In this document: positions 10,363 through 18,815 of the stretch, piece after piece
How positions within the stretch are numbered: the first letter of the stretch is position 1
How the letters are laid out: the number at the start of each line of letters is the position of its first letter
Assembly: GCA_013204185.1 (NCBI GenBank)
Contig: JABMOI010000189.1
Coordinates: 1 to 57,949, forward strand
DNA: 57,949 nucleotides
Origin: a bacterium
GTDB lineage: Bacteria; Bacteroidota; Rhodothermia; Rhodothermales; UBA10348
Direction of reading: 5' to 3'
Translations under genes and position numbers: made by a program
The notes under the pieces: generated by a model
Databases searched by the model: none
What the model saw: the letters and a program-made list of their open reading frames with translations, nothing else
What the model was told of the DNA's origin: nothing

Positions 10363-11142
10363 TTATTCAGCCGAAACAGGAGCAGTTTCCATTTCCCGTT
10401 TTTGCTTCAATATGAGTTTTGCTATATCGTCGGAGGCTGAGTCAGGTACCTGCGTTTCATCTCGGATAATCCGACCATCACGAAGTACCACAATACGTTT
10501 AGCGTAACGGGATACCTCGTCCTCATGTGTAACCAAAATGATCGTGATACCCTTCTTATTCAATTCCTGAAAAAGCTGCATCACCTCGACCGTTGTTCGG
10601 CTGTCCAAGTTACCGGTCGGTTCGTCTGCGAGGATGAGGCTCGGATTTGTTACAAGGGCTCGTGCAATGGCCACGCGTTGCTGCTGCCCTCCTGAAAGCT
10701 CGTTAGGATGATGGTCCGTGCGATCGCCCAGGCCAACCAGTTCAAGAGAATCAATGGCCGCCTGTCTGTGGTTTTTGATTTTGTGTGTACGGTCATACAG
10801 AAGCGGAAGCTCAACGTTTTCGACCGCCGAGGTACGAGCCAACAGGTTAAATCCCTGAAAGACAAAGCCAATTTTTTGGTTTCGAATATCTGCGAGTTCG
10901 TTTTTACCCAGCTTGTTGACCTCAATTCCGTCCAATAAGTAGGTTCCAGAACTTGGGTAGTCCAACCCACCGATGATGTTCATCATCGTGGATTTCCCAG
11001 ACCCAGACGTCCCCATAATTGCAACTAATTCACCTTGACGAATAGTCATGTCTACGCCCTGAAGTGCGTGGACTTCTGTTTTGCCCATGACATACGTCTT
11101 GCGTAGTCCAGTGACTTCGACAACCGGTTTGGTATCGCTCAT
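10363..11142 (-). CDS. ABC transporter ATP-binding protein (MacB/LolD-type)
   Basis: Walker [10 protein letters not shown], signature [15 protein letters not shown] and Walker [14 protein letters not shown] chose the ATG at 11142; the upstream start would overlap the adaptor gene. Confidence 0.92.
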   Translation of the reverse strand: MSDTKPVVEVTGLRKTYVMGKTEVHALQGVDMTIRQGELVAIMGTSGSGKSTMMNIIGGLDYPSSGTYLLDGIEVNKLGKNELADIRNQKIGFVFQGFNLLARTSAVENVELPLLYDRTHKIKNHRQAAIDSLELVGLGDRTDHHPNELSGGQQQRVAIARALVTNPSLILADEPTGNLDSRTTVEVMQLFQELNKKGITIILVTHEDEVSRYAKRIVVLRDGRIIRDETQVPDSASDDIAKLILKQKREMETAPVSAE

Positions 11143-11170
11143 TAATCTATGCTTGCCTAAAATGTTGGAA

Positions 11171-12508
11171 TCAGAAACCGCCGCCGCGACTAAAACCGCC
11201 GCGTCCACCGCCTGCACTCTCGCTCTGGAATGGATTTTTCATGCCGCTTCCTTCTTCGAGAAGCGTCACGCCGGAAATAATTTGCATCCCGGCTTCGAGA
11301 GTTTCTCCAGTGACCTCCGTTTGAGACCCATCCGTAATGCCTGTTTTCACGCGGGCCATTTGGATATCTCCTGCTGAATCCAGGTACCAAAGTGTTCCGG
11401 AATTGGAGCCTTGGCCACCAAACCCAGCAGGACGGCCTTGTCCGCCCCCTGGAGCGCCACCGGTTTGACCACCAGCTCTACCAGCCGCGGCGCCCTGTCC
11501 TGCAGCAGCTCCCGTTCCTCCAGCAGCAGCCGGCCCTCCAGCAGCTCCTTGTCCTGCGCCTGATGCTTCCATTTTAGCACGGATCTGAGCCATCATTTCT
11601 TCATTCGGACGAAACCGAAGAGCAGCATTTGGCACTTTGATTACATCAGATACTTGCTCAATCAAGAACTCGACGGTTGCCGTCATTCCTGGCAAAAGCC
11701 GTCCGTCCGAATTGTCTACGTCGACAACTGCCGTATAGGTTACTACGTTTTCTTGGACCGCAGATTGAAGTCTTACTTGACGGACACGTCCCAAAAAGGT
11801 CGAATTGTCGTATGCTTGAACCGTGAACCGGACTTGCTGTCCTTGTTTGATCAACCCGATGTCAGATTCATCCACCGAAGCAAGGATTTCCATCCGAGCC
11901 AAATCGTTGGCAATCAAAAACAACTGAGGCGTGTTAAGCGAAGCGGCAACGGTCTGGCCTTCGTCCACATTTCGTTCAACCACAACGCCGTCGATAGGAG
12001 AAACAATCGTGGCGTACGAGAGATTCCGTTGAGCTCGTTCTAAGCTGATGCGCGATGAAACGATGGTTGCCTTGGCCAAATCGAGATTGTATTTGGCTGA
12101 GTTCATTTCCACTTCTGTCGAAAACTGCTTTTCATACAAGCCGCGGATTCGATCATATTCTGTTTGGGAGAAGTCGAGCTGCGCCTGGTTTCTGTTCAGC
12201 GTCGCACGTGCTTCTTCGACTGAGCTGACCAACAACGTGGTATCAATTCGGGCGATGACCTGGCCTTTTCTGACCTTGTTGTTGAAATCAACATAGATCT
12301 TATTGACGATACCAGAAACTTGAGTACCTACTTGAACGGTGGTGACCGCGTTCAATTTTCCCGTCGATGCTACCACAGACTCTAGATTTCCGCTTTCAAG
12401 CGTTACGAACCGGTATTCAAGTCTGGCTTCAGCTTCTGCGCTATTGGTATACCAAATTGCGGCAACCACAACGACTAAAACCACCACCAAGGCTATTACT
12501 TTTTTCAT
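11171..12508 (-). CDS. Efflux periplasmic adaptor subunit (MacA/HlyD family) with a Gly/Ala-rich insert and RGG tail
   Basis: N-terminal signal anchor. Lipoyl/barrel-sandwich motifs (QVGTQVSGIV, IVSPIDGVVVERNVDEGQTV) and a coiled-coil hairpin. Low-complexity insert at 11396..11569. Confidence 0.88.
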   Translation of the reverse strand: MKKVIALVVVLVVVVAAIWYTNSAEAEARLEYRFVTLESGNLESVVASTGKLNAVTTVQVGTQVSGIVNKIYVDFNNKVRKGQVIARIDTTLLVSSVEEARATLNRNQAQLDFSQTEYDRIRGLYEKQFSTEVEMNSAKYNLDLAKATIVSSRISLERAQRNLSYATIVSPIDGVVVERNVDEGQTVAASLNTPQLFLIANDLARMEILASVDESDIGLIKQGQQVRFTVQAYDNSTFLGRVRQVRLQSAVQENVVTYTAVVDVDNSDGRLLPGMTATVEFLIEQVSDVIKVPNAALRFRPNEEMMAQIRAKMEASGAGQGAAGGPAAAGGTGAAAGQGAAAGRAGGQTGGAPGGGQGRPAGFGGQGSNSGTLWYLDSAGDIQMARVKTGITDGSQTEVTGETLEAGMQIISGVTLLEEGSGMKNPFQSESAGGGRGGFSRGGGF

Positions 12509-12587
12509 TTTTGCGTCTGGCGCTCAAAGAGCGACTATCGAGTTTCGTTTAAAGTTTTAAAAAGCGAACGTCAGGGACGTTTTGATT

Positions 12588-13058
12588 CTAATTTGATGCA
12601 GGACTTGCGCTTGAATCTTGCGCTGCAACTTGGTTGACACTGTCGGCCACAGCGACTCCGTTTTGGCTGGACGTACTATCGGACCGCGACATGCCATTTC
12701 TGCGGATGGAGCGTTCAAACCAAGGGTCGATCTGAGCAATCTGATCCGGCGTCAGCAAGGGATACATGTCTGTCTTCATTGAATCCATGAGTGTCGATCT
12801 GTGCCACTGATAGTGTCTAACAAAACGACCTAGTTTATTCTGATACAGTTCAGAAAGGGACCTCAATGTATCCTCTTGAGCTGGGTCTACAGGGTCAATA
12901 TATCTGTCCACATATGAGTACAAGCCTCCTTGGCCTCTCATTTTGGCCAACGCTTCCATGCGTCGATTATGGAGAGTACTCTGCCAAAGCGCCCCAATCG
13001 CTATCCCAATAGCGAGGGTGCCGAGTAGTACAAAAATAGTTTTGGGATGTAGTTTCAT
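12588..13058 (-). CDS. Membrane-anchored LTXXQ-motif (Spy/CpxP-like) periplasmic protein
   Basis: 156 aa. N-terminal TM IFVLLGTLAIGIAIGAL, a helical body with LLTPDQIAQI and a Ser-rich tail. Lies in the ECF sigma gene cluster. Confidence 0.5.
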   Translation of the reverse strand: MKLHPKTIFVLLGTLAIGIAIGALWQSTLHNRRMEALAKMRGQGGLYSYVDRYIDPVDPAQEDTLRSLSELYQNKLGRFVRHYQWHRSTLMDSMKTDMYPLLTPDQIAQIDPWFERSIRRNGMSRSDSTSSQNGVAVADSVNQVAAQDSSASPASN

Positions 13059-13066
13059 TTGGTCGC

Positions 13067-13444
13067 CTACGGGTGGTCCTGAAGGTTGATGTCATAAGCT
13101 GAAGCCACGGTAATGGGCGGAAGCCCAAGTACCATTTCTGCAGCCGTTTGCTGATTTTGATTGTCAGCAGACAACAAGTTGACGTTGTAAAAAGCCAGCG
13201 TGACAATCACGAGCAGGCCGGCAATAAAGACGGGGCGGAACCAGCTAACGAGCTCTCCAATCCACAATTCTTCCTTCCGACCGAGTGAAATGCGTTTAAG
13301 CGCTCGCATAACACGATCTTCGGGCATGGACATCATAGTCTGAGCCCGTTCCGTTTGAACGAGATTCCTCAACTCCTTCACGAGGGAGTCAGGAAACGCA
13401 GCTAAAATGTGTTCGTCGTTATCTGAATGAGGTTCTTTACGCAT
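13067..13444 (-). CDS. Putative anti-sigma factor (single-pass membrane protein)
   Basis: 125 aa, directly downstream of the ECF sigma gene (22-nt gap). One TM helix (VFIAGLLVIVTLAFY). No zinc-binding anti-sigma motif. The call rests on position only. Confidence 0.4.
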   Translation of the reverse strand: MRKEPHSDNDEHILAAFPDSLVKELRNLVQTERAQTMMSMPEDRVMRALKRISLGRKEELWIGELVSWFRPVFIAGLLVIVTLAFYNVNLLSADNQNQQTAAEMVLGLPPITVASAYDINLQDHP

Positions 13445-13466
13445 AGTGATGCTGGAGTTTGATCGG

Positions 13467-14114
13467 TCAATTGATCAGGGCAGACTCGCCTAATTCGATT
13501 CTTAGTCGGTCTAGACCTCTTTTTAATCGCGATAAGACCGTGCCATACGGCACGTCCAAGATTCGCGAAGTTTCTTCCGTGCTTATGTCTTCAATGAGTC
13601 GAAGAACGATAACAGCACGTTGATTTTCTGGTAGTTTGTTAATGGCATTTCTCAGTTCGCTCCTTCGCTCTCGCGAGGTGATTTCTGTATCAGAGGCCTC
13701 CGTAGTTTGGTGCTCATATTCTTGAACATCAGTCCACGGCTTGAGCCAAGCTGCTCGCTTCCGTTTTCGCAGCGCATCTAGACTCTTGTTGATTGCCATT
13801 CTCACGACAAATGTCTTGAGCGAAGCATCTCCTCTAAACGAAGACAAAGAACGGTGGAGCTTGATGAACACTTCCTGTACCACATCATCCACCTCTGGAA
13901 CAGGCCCCAACATTCCAGTTACGGTGCGGGAAACATCATCCATAAATCGTTCGACGACAAACCTAAATGCGTTGTCGTTCCCGTTCATTGAAGCATCGAT
14001 CAGCTCAGCGTCTGAGCTGAGATCCGATACTCGAATGGCTTGCGGGATGGCTGCATCCGGCGCAGAATGCGCCGGATGCAGTATCCAAGACGATATAGAA
14101 GGTGCTGCCTGCAA
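13467..14114 (-). CDS. RNA polymerase ECF-type sigma-70 factor
   Basis: Region 2 DDVVQEVFIKLHRSLSSFRG and region 4 HTH LPENQRAVIVLRLIEDISTEETSRILDVPYGTVLSRLKRG. The TTG start at 14114 is uncertain, but the conserved AELIDAS..NDNAFRFVVERF segment requires a start upstream of 13988. Confidence 0.88.
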   Translation of the reverse strand: MQAAPSISSWILHPAHSAPDAAIPQAIRVSDLSSDAELIDASMNGNDNAFRFVVERFMDDVSRTVTGMLGPVPEVDDVVQEVFIKLHRSLSSFRGDASLKTFVVRMAINKSLDALRKRKRAAWLKPWTDVQEYEHQTTEASDTEITSRERRSELRNAINKLPENQRAVIVLRLIEDISTEETSRILDVPYGTVLSRLKRGLDRLRIELGESALIN

Positions 14115-14120
14115 AAAATT

Positions 14121-14561
14121 TTATTGAGGGTTTCCTTGACCCGGTCTACGTCCTTGGCCGCCACGTTGTCTCGAGGCTTGGAAGGTTTCGTATTTCTTAA
14201 TTTGGTCTGCCGTTAACACTTCGGTTAAACTGGCTAATGTTTCTTTGTCCATTTCAGCCATTTTCTCCCGCATTCCGTTCCGAGCTAAATTACCTGCTCC
14301 CCCACCTGAACCTCTCAAAGATGCCATTAATTCTTGGCGCTTTTCCTGAGCAGTCCACAAAATCGCCTTCACTTTGGGGCTTTGATCTTCCGTCAAGGCA
14401 AGCGTGGTCGTTAGCTCACCGAAGTTCGCATCAAAAGCAGCTTTCTGCTCTTCAGGTGTTCCACCGCCGCGACGACCCTGAGCCGAAGAAGAAACAGCTG
14501 TTCCGACCACCATAATGGCTATCAAGAACAGGAACGATAAAAACTGAGTTTTTGAACGCAT
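14121..14561 (-). CDS. Secreted Spy/CpxP-like LTXXQ-motif protein
   Basis: Signal peptide ...VGTAVSSSAQG and two LTXXQ motifs (LALTEDQSPKV, EVLTADQIKKY) in a helical, charged protein. First gene of the ECF cluster. Confidence 0.6.
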   Translation of the reverse strand: MRSKTQFLSFLFLIAIMVVGTAVSSSAQGRRGGGTPEEQKAAFDANFGELTTTLALTEDQSPKVKAILWTAQEKRQELMASLRGSGGGAGNLARNGMREKMAEMDKETLASLTEVLTADQIKKYETFQASRQRGGQGRRPGQGNPQ

Positions 14562-14594
14562 GGTTAGTTTTGTATTGGTGTGTACTGCTTGTTA

Positions 14595-14619
14595 GACGTT
14601 CTCCCAATGGATTCATTCC
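14595..14619 (-). promoter_or_regulatory. Candidate ECF-type promoter (GGAAT-N16-CGTC)
   Basis: The minus strand reads GGAAT (14619..14615), 16 nt, then CGTC (14598..14595) followed by TAAC. The -10 element ends 33 nt upstream of the ATG at 14561. It resembles the GGAAC-N16/17-CGTC consensus of autoregulated ECF sigma promoters. Confidence 0.35.
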
Positions 14620-14732
14620 ATGAAGATATCCTGCAATCAATCAGATTTTTTGAACGGTGAACTCAACAATCAAGTAGGCGTTTGCCCTTCTATTCGGATT
14701 TCGCTTAATCATTTTCTGTTGAGATAGATACC

Positions 14733-16235
14733 TTGGACAGGGACTTCAAAATTTACAACACGCTTTCCCGCTCCGTAGAGCCGATTAAAACCAAGGTAAA
14801 AGGGGTTTTGTCGTTCTATTCTTGTGGTCCGACCGTCTATTCATATGCCCACATCGGAAATTTTAGATCCTTTGTGACAGCAGACCTTCTCTTGCGCACA
14901 GCTACATCTTTAGGTTGGCAGGTAAATTATGCCACCAATATCACGGATGTAGGCCACCTCACCGAAGACGATTTTACCGATCCTTCTGGTGAAGATCGAA
15001 TGGCCAAAGCGCTCCGATCAAAGGAAGGCGAACAATTCCCCAACGTATGGGACCTTGCCCGGTTTTACTCTAACAAATTGATTGAGGACTGGCACCTATT
15101 AAATCTGGTGGAGCCAACGGTTAGGCCGCGTGCCACGGAGCATATGCGTGAGCAAATTGCAGCCGTTCAATTATTGATTGAAAAAGGCCATGCTTACGAA
15201 ACCTCACAAGGAGTCTATTTTTCGGTTACCTCCTTCCCCACGTATGGTCAGCTCTCCGGAAATACACTCGACAATGTCTTGGAAGAATCGGTTCGAGACG
15301 TTGTTGTAGACAAGGAAAAGCGGGATCCCAGAGACTTTGCTTTGTGGAAGAAAGACGATAAGCATCTGATGCAGTGGTATAGTCCTTGGGGATGGGGATT
15401 TCCGGGGTGGCATATTGAATGCTCAGTGATGGCCATGAACTATTTGGGGGACGAAATAGATCTCCACGCTGGCGGCGAAGATCTCATTTTCCCCCATCAT
15501 GAGTGCGAAATTGCACAGTCGGAATCTCTAACTGGGAAGCAGTTTGCCCGCTATTGGGTCCATACTCGCTTTTTGCAGGTGGAAGGCGAAAAGATGTCCA
15601 AGAGTTTGGGGAATTTTTTCACCGTCCGGGACCTGGTAGCTCCGAAGGATGAAGGCGGAAAGGGCATTGACCCCCTCGCCGTCCGTATGACGCTTCTTTC
15701 AGGTCATTATCGCAAGCCCTTTAACTTTACGTTGAAGACGCTTAAAGGCAACGTGAAGCATCGGGAACGCTTGCAGGAAATCATCGATGAAGTAGGTTAT
15801 TCCGACTCGGCTCCAATTGAATATGAGGGCGAAATGGGCGGGGCGCTCCAGGCCATTTACACTAGAGCTCTCGATGCCATGACCGACGACCTGAACACGC
15901 CGCTGGCTCTTGCAGCGCTGTTTGGGGGTACCAAGGTCATTCAATCTGGATTGAGCGGCGCTACGGAAGCCGACTTAACCTCTGTTCGTGCTTGGCTTAA
16001 ACAAATGAATGACTTACTTGGCGTCATCCACGCGGCCGAGGCCAAAGAGAGTCAAACAGAGAAAGTTGACGAGCTCGGCGCCCTCGTTGAACCGCTATTG
16101 CAGGCAAGACAACAAGCACGGGCAGATGGCAATTGGGGCCGCGCCGATGAAATCCGGGCCCAGCTTACTGAATTAGGTGTCGAAATAATGGACACTCCTG
16201 AAGGACCAAAGTGGAAAAAAGTGGCGGGTATATAG
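14733..16235 (+). CDS. cysS: Cysteine--tRNA ligase
   Basis: 500 aa. Class I motifs AHIGNFRS (HIGH) and KMSKS, plus the CysS-typical GWHIECS. Apparent TTG start. Confidence 0.96.
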   Translation: MDRDFKIYNTLSRSVEPIKTKVKGVLSFYSCGPTVYSYAHIGNFRSFVTADLLLRTATSLGWQVNYATNITDVGHLTEDDFTDPSGEDRMAKALRSKEGEQFPNVWDLARFYSNKLIEDWHLLNLVEPTVRPRATEHMREQIAAVQLLIEKGHAYETSQGVYFSVTSFPTYGQLSGNTLDNVLEESVRDVVVDKEKRDPRDFALWKKDDKHLMQWYSPWGWGFPGWHIECSVMAMNYLGDEIDLHAGGEDLIFPHHECEIAQSESLTGKQFARYWVHTRFLQVEGEKMSKSLGNFFTVRDLVAPKDEGGKGIDPLAVRMTLLSGHYRKPFNFTLKTLKGNVKHRERLQEIIDEVGYSDSAPIEYEGEMGGALQAIYTRALDAMTDDLNTPLALAALFGGTKVIQSGLSGATEADLTSVRAWLKQMNDLLGVIHAAEAKESQTEKVDELGALVEPLLQARQQARADGNWGRADEIRAQLTELGVEIMDTPEGPKWKKVAGI

Positions 16236-16236
16236 G

Positions 16237-16266
16237 GTGCGCTTAGCGCTCAGCGCGTGATTTTTT
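16237..16266 (+). terminator. Possible weak intrinsic terminator after cysS
   Basis: gcgct (16239..16243) pairs with agcgc (16252..16256), followed by gtga and T6 (16261..16266). The stem is only 5 bp. Confidence 0.3.
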
Positions 16267-16305
16267 CAATTCCTGATTTGTTCAACATAATAAACCAACG
16301 TGATA

Positions 16306-16815
16306 ATGGCGTACCCGAAAAACTGGTTGGATTACGGAGATCTTGATGGCGGACTTGCTCGCATGATGGAGCGGTTTAAGACCGAGGGCACTTTAATTGG
16401 CGATAAGGAATCAGACCAATTCATCATGGATAGCCCCAATGCGGCTTTGCTGGGTATGTTATTCGACCAACGTGTTCGAGCAGAATATGCTTTTACTGGC
16501 CCAATTAGGCTTCAGGAACGCATCGGCCACTTGGACATGGGCCGCATAGCAACTATGGACTTAGAAGCGTTTGCTGCCGTGTTTGCAGAAAAACCTGCCG
16601 TTCATCGATTCACGAATGTAATGGCTGAGCGAACGTTGGCTATCGCCAAAATCATCAATGATGAATACGGTGGAGACGCTGCAAACTTGTGGAATGAGGA
16701 TGTGCCGTTTAGCGTAATCGAAAAACGTTTGATGGCTCTGCCAGGATTTGGCAAGATGAAAGCCTACAAAATGAAGTTCGTCCTACACTATTTCGGATAC
16801 CGAGATTTCTCCTAG
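16306..16815 (+). CDS. HhH-GPD-type base excision DNA repair protein (uncharacterised subfamily)
   Basis: ATG at 16306. The pattern ALLGMLFDQRVRAEYAFTGP...LPGFGKMKAYKMKFVLHYFG matches my recollection of this family. Confidence 0.55.
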   Translation: MAYPKNWLDYGDLDGGLARMMERFKTEGTLIGDKESDQFIMDSPNAALLGMLFDQRVRAEYAFTGPIRLQERIGHLDMGRIATMDLEAFAAVFAEKPAVHRFTNVMAERTLAIAKIINDEYGGDAANLWNEDVPFSVIEKRLMALPGFGKMKAYKMKFVLHYFGYRDFS

Positions 16816-16840
16816 TAAACGTTTTGATGGCGCTAGCCTA

Positions 16841-17101
16841 TTAGGCAGCCAAAGATAGGAAGTTGTCGTTCCTAACCGATAAAGGCCTAATTTCCAAGTA
16901 GTTACCTGACTGTGATATTTCGAGTCCTAGACGTTCCAGGCCCGAGACGTCCATAAAGGCGTCCCAAGCAATATCAACTGCCGCGTCAATCAACTCGACA
17001 GGATCCCACTGCCCACTTCTGGTGAAAATGGATCGTTCCCAAGCAATGGATCCACCTGGCATGCTTCGGACATATTTTTCGAGGTATTCGTGAGCTCCCA
17101 T
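16841..17101 (-). CDS. Hypothetical protein, 86 aa
   Basis: ORF preceded by a strong Shine-Dalgarno (minus strand AAGGAGGGTAACGAT then ATG). No recognisable family. Confidence 0.45.
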   Translation of the reverse strand: MGAHEYLEKYVRSMPGGSIAWERSIFTRSGQWDPVELIDAAVDIAWDAFMDVSGLERLGLEISQSGNYLEIRPLSVRNDNFLSLAA

Positions 17102-17294
17102 ATCGTTACCCTCCTTTAAATTCCTGTTACGGAATCAAACGCCGGTTGGTTATTTCAATTTCTATCGGAGGAAGCTGAACAAGTAAGAGGCAGCTACCGC
17201 TCGATAACTACCCTTTTTACTACCAAAAGGCATGCCGGGAATTGCTGAAGGCCTCAATACTCTACCGAACGGTAAAAAAAGAATGCCGAACGGG

Positions 17295-18803
17295 TTATCG
17301 TTTCCAGAAGGCTGGGACAAAAAGGATAATTACGGTAAATATTTCCAACCTTCCCGCCATCATTAACAGGGAAAGAACCCATTTCCCGGCCATCGGAATG
17401 TGCGCATAGTTTTCAGAAGGGCCAAGTGTGCCGAATGCAGGACCAATGTTGCCTACACTGGACAGGGTCGCACCAAAAGCGGTCAGTATGTCGAGTCCCA
17501 AAAATGCCATGGTCAACGTTCCGACGCCAATGATCCCGAGATACAGCACAATAAACGAAAGCACATTCTTCATCACATCGGCTGGCACCACTTTGTCGTT
17601 TAACCGAATAGGCATCACCGCTTGTGGATGAATGAGCTGTTTGATCTCTTTGAATGAGTTCTTAAACATGAGAACGTGGCGTATCACTTTCACACCACCG
17701 CCCGTTGAGCCAGCCATACCACCTATGAAAAAGCATATGAATAGGATGGCGATGGCAATGGGTGGCCATATTTCGTAATCCGCGGTTCCAAAACCTGTGG
17801 TCGTGATAATAGACGCGGCCTGAAACGCTCCATATCTCACCGCCTCGCTTAGAGTAGCATACCCTTCAAACACTCCATCCACTTGAAACGCAGGCAAAAA
17901 ACTCATGCTTGGCGTCCAGATGCTGAGCGTAATGACGGCCGTTGCAAACAACATAATTCCGGTATACACTCGGAATTCGGTGTCTTTAAGAACGGTTATG
18001 GTCTTCCCGCGAAGCAGCCTGAAGTGTAGGGCAAAGTTCACCCCTGCCAAGAACATAAATACGGTGATCACCCAATCGATATAACTCGAGCCAAACTGGC
18101 CAACAGAGCCATTTTTAGTCGAAAACCCTCCTGTTGCCATGGTAGCGAACGCGTGGTTTACGGCGTCGAACAGGTTCATGGCAGGAAGTAGCAAGAGCAC
18201 CTCCACGAAGGTGATTCCCACATAAATAAGCCAAAGGCGTTTTGCCGTTTCCTGAACACGGGGCGTCAATTTGTCGGCAGAGGGTCCTGGAACTTCAGCC
18301 TTATACAATTGCATTCCGCCAACGCCTAGAAGGGGAAGGATGGCTAACGTTAGAACAATTATCCCCATTCCTCCCATCCAATGGGCCAAACTGCGCCAAA
18401 ACATGAAGGAATATGGCATTTCCTCGATGTTCATGTTTCCGTTTCCGCCGAAAATGGTGGCCCCTGTCGTGGTAAAGGCGCTCATTGTTTCAAAGAACGC
18501 ATCGGCATACGAGGTCAAAACCCCAGAAAAGACAAACGGTAACGCGCCAATTAGGGACAGAACTATCCAGGCTAACGCTACCACTGCAAACCCATCTCGG
18601 ATCTGCAATTCTTGTTTCACGCGGCTTTTGTAGAACCAGGAAATGGCTCCAATAGAAATCGAGGCAATGGCCGTAACGCCAAACGTCCACCATTCGGGTT
18701 CTCCGTAGAAAATGGCGACGAGCATGGGAAATAGCAGGGCCGCTCCTAGAAAGAAGATCAGAATCCCTAGGGTTACAAAAACTGCTTTTAAATTCAGAAC
18801 CAT
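17295..18803 (-). CDS. trkH: TrkH family potassium uptake protein
   Basis: 502 aa and polytopic. Selectivity-filter-like motifs (TTTGATIFGG, ATGGFSTKN, MAGSTGGGVKVIR). Adjacent to trkA. Confidence 0.93.
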   Translation of the reverse strand: MVLNLKAVFVTLGILIFFLGAALLFPMLVAIFYGEPEWWTFGVTAIASISIGAISWFYKSRVKQELQIRDGFAVVALAWIVLSLIGALPFVFSGVLTSYADAFFETMSAFTTTGATIFGGNGNMNIEEMPYSFMFWRSLAHWMGGMGIIVLTLAILPLLGVGGMQLYKAEVPGPSADKLTPRVQETAKRLWLIYVGITFVEVLLLLPAMNLFDAVNHAFATMATGGFSTKNGSVGQFGSSYIDWVITVFMFLAGVNFALHFRLLRGKTITVLKDTEFRVYTGIMLFATAVITLSIWTPSMSFLPAFQVDGVFEGYATLSEAVRYGAFQAASIITTTGFGTADYEIWPPIAIAILFICFFIGGMAGSTGGGVKVIRHVLMFKNSFKEIKQLIHPQAVMPIRLNDKVVPADVMKNVLSFIVLYLGIIGVGTLTMAFLGLDILTAFGATLSSVGNIGPAFGTLGPSENYAHIPMAGKWVLSLLMMAGRLEIFTVIILFVPAFWKR

Positions 18804-18815
18804 AGTAAATACACT

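Noticed and set aside
11347-11580. ORFs on both strands over the adaptor's Gly/Ala-rich insert (11347..11580, 11392..11577, 11190..11390).
   Set aside because: Low-complexity GC-rich repeats keep all frames open. The adaptor frame is continuous with conserved flanking domains.
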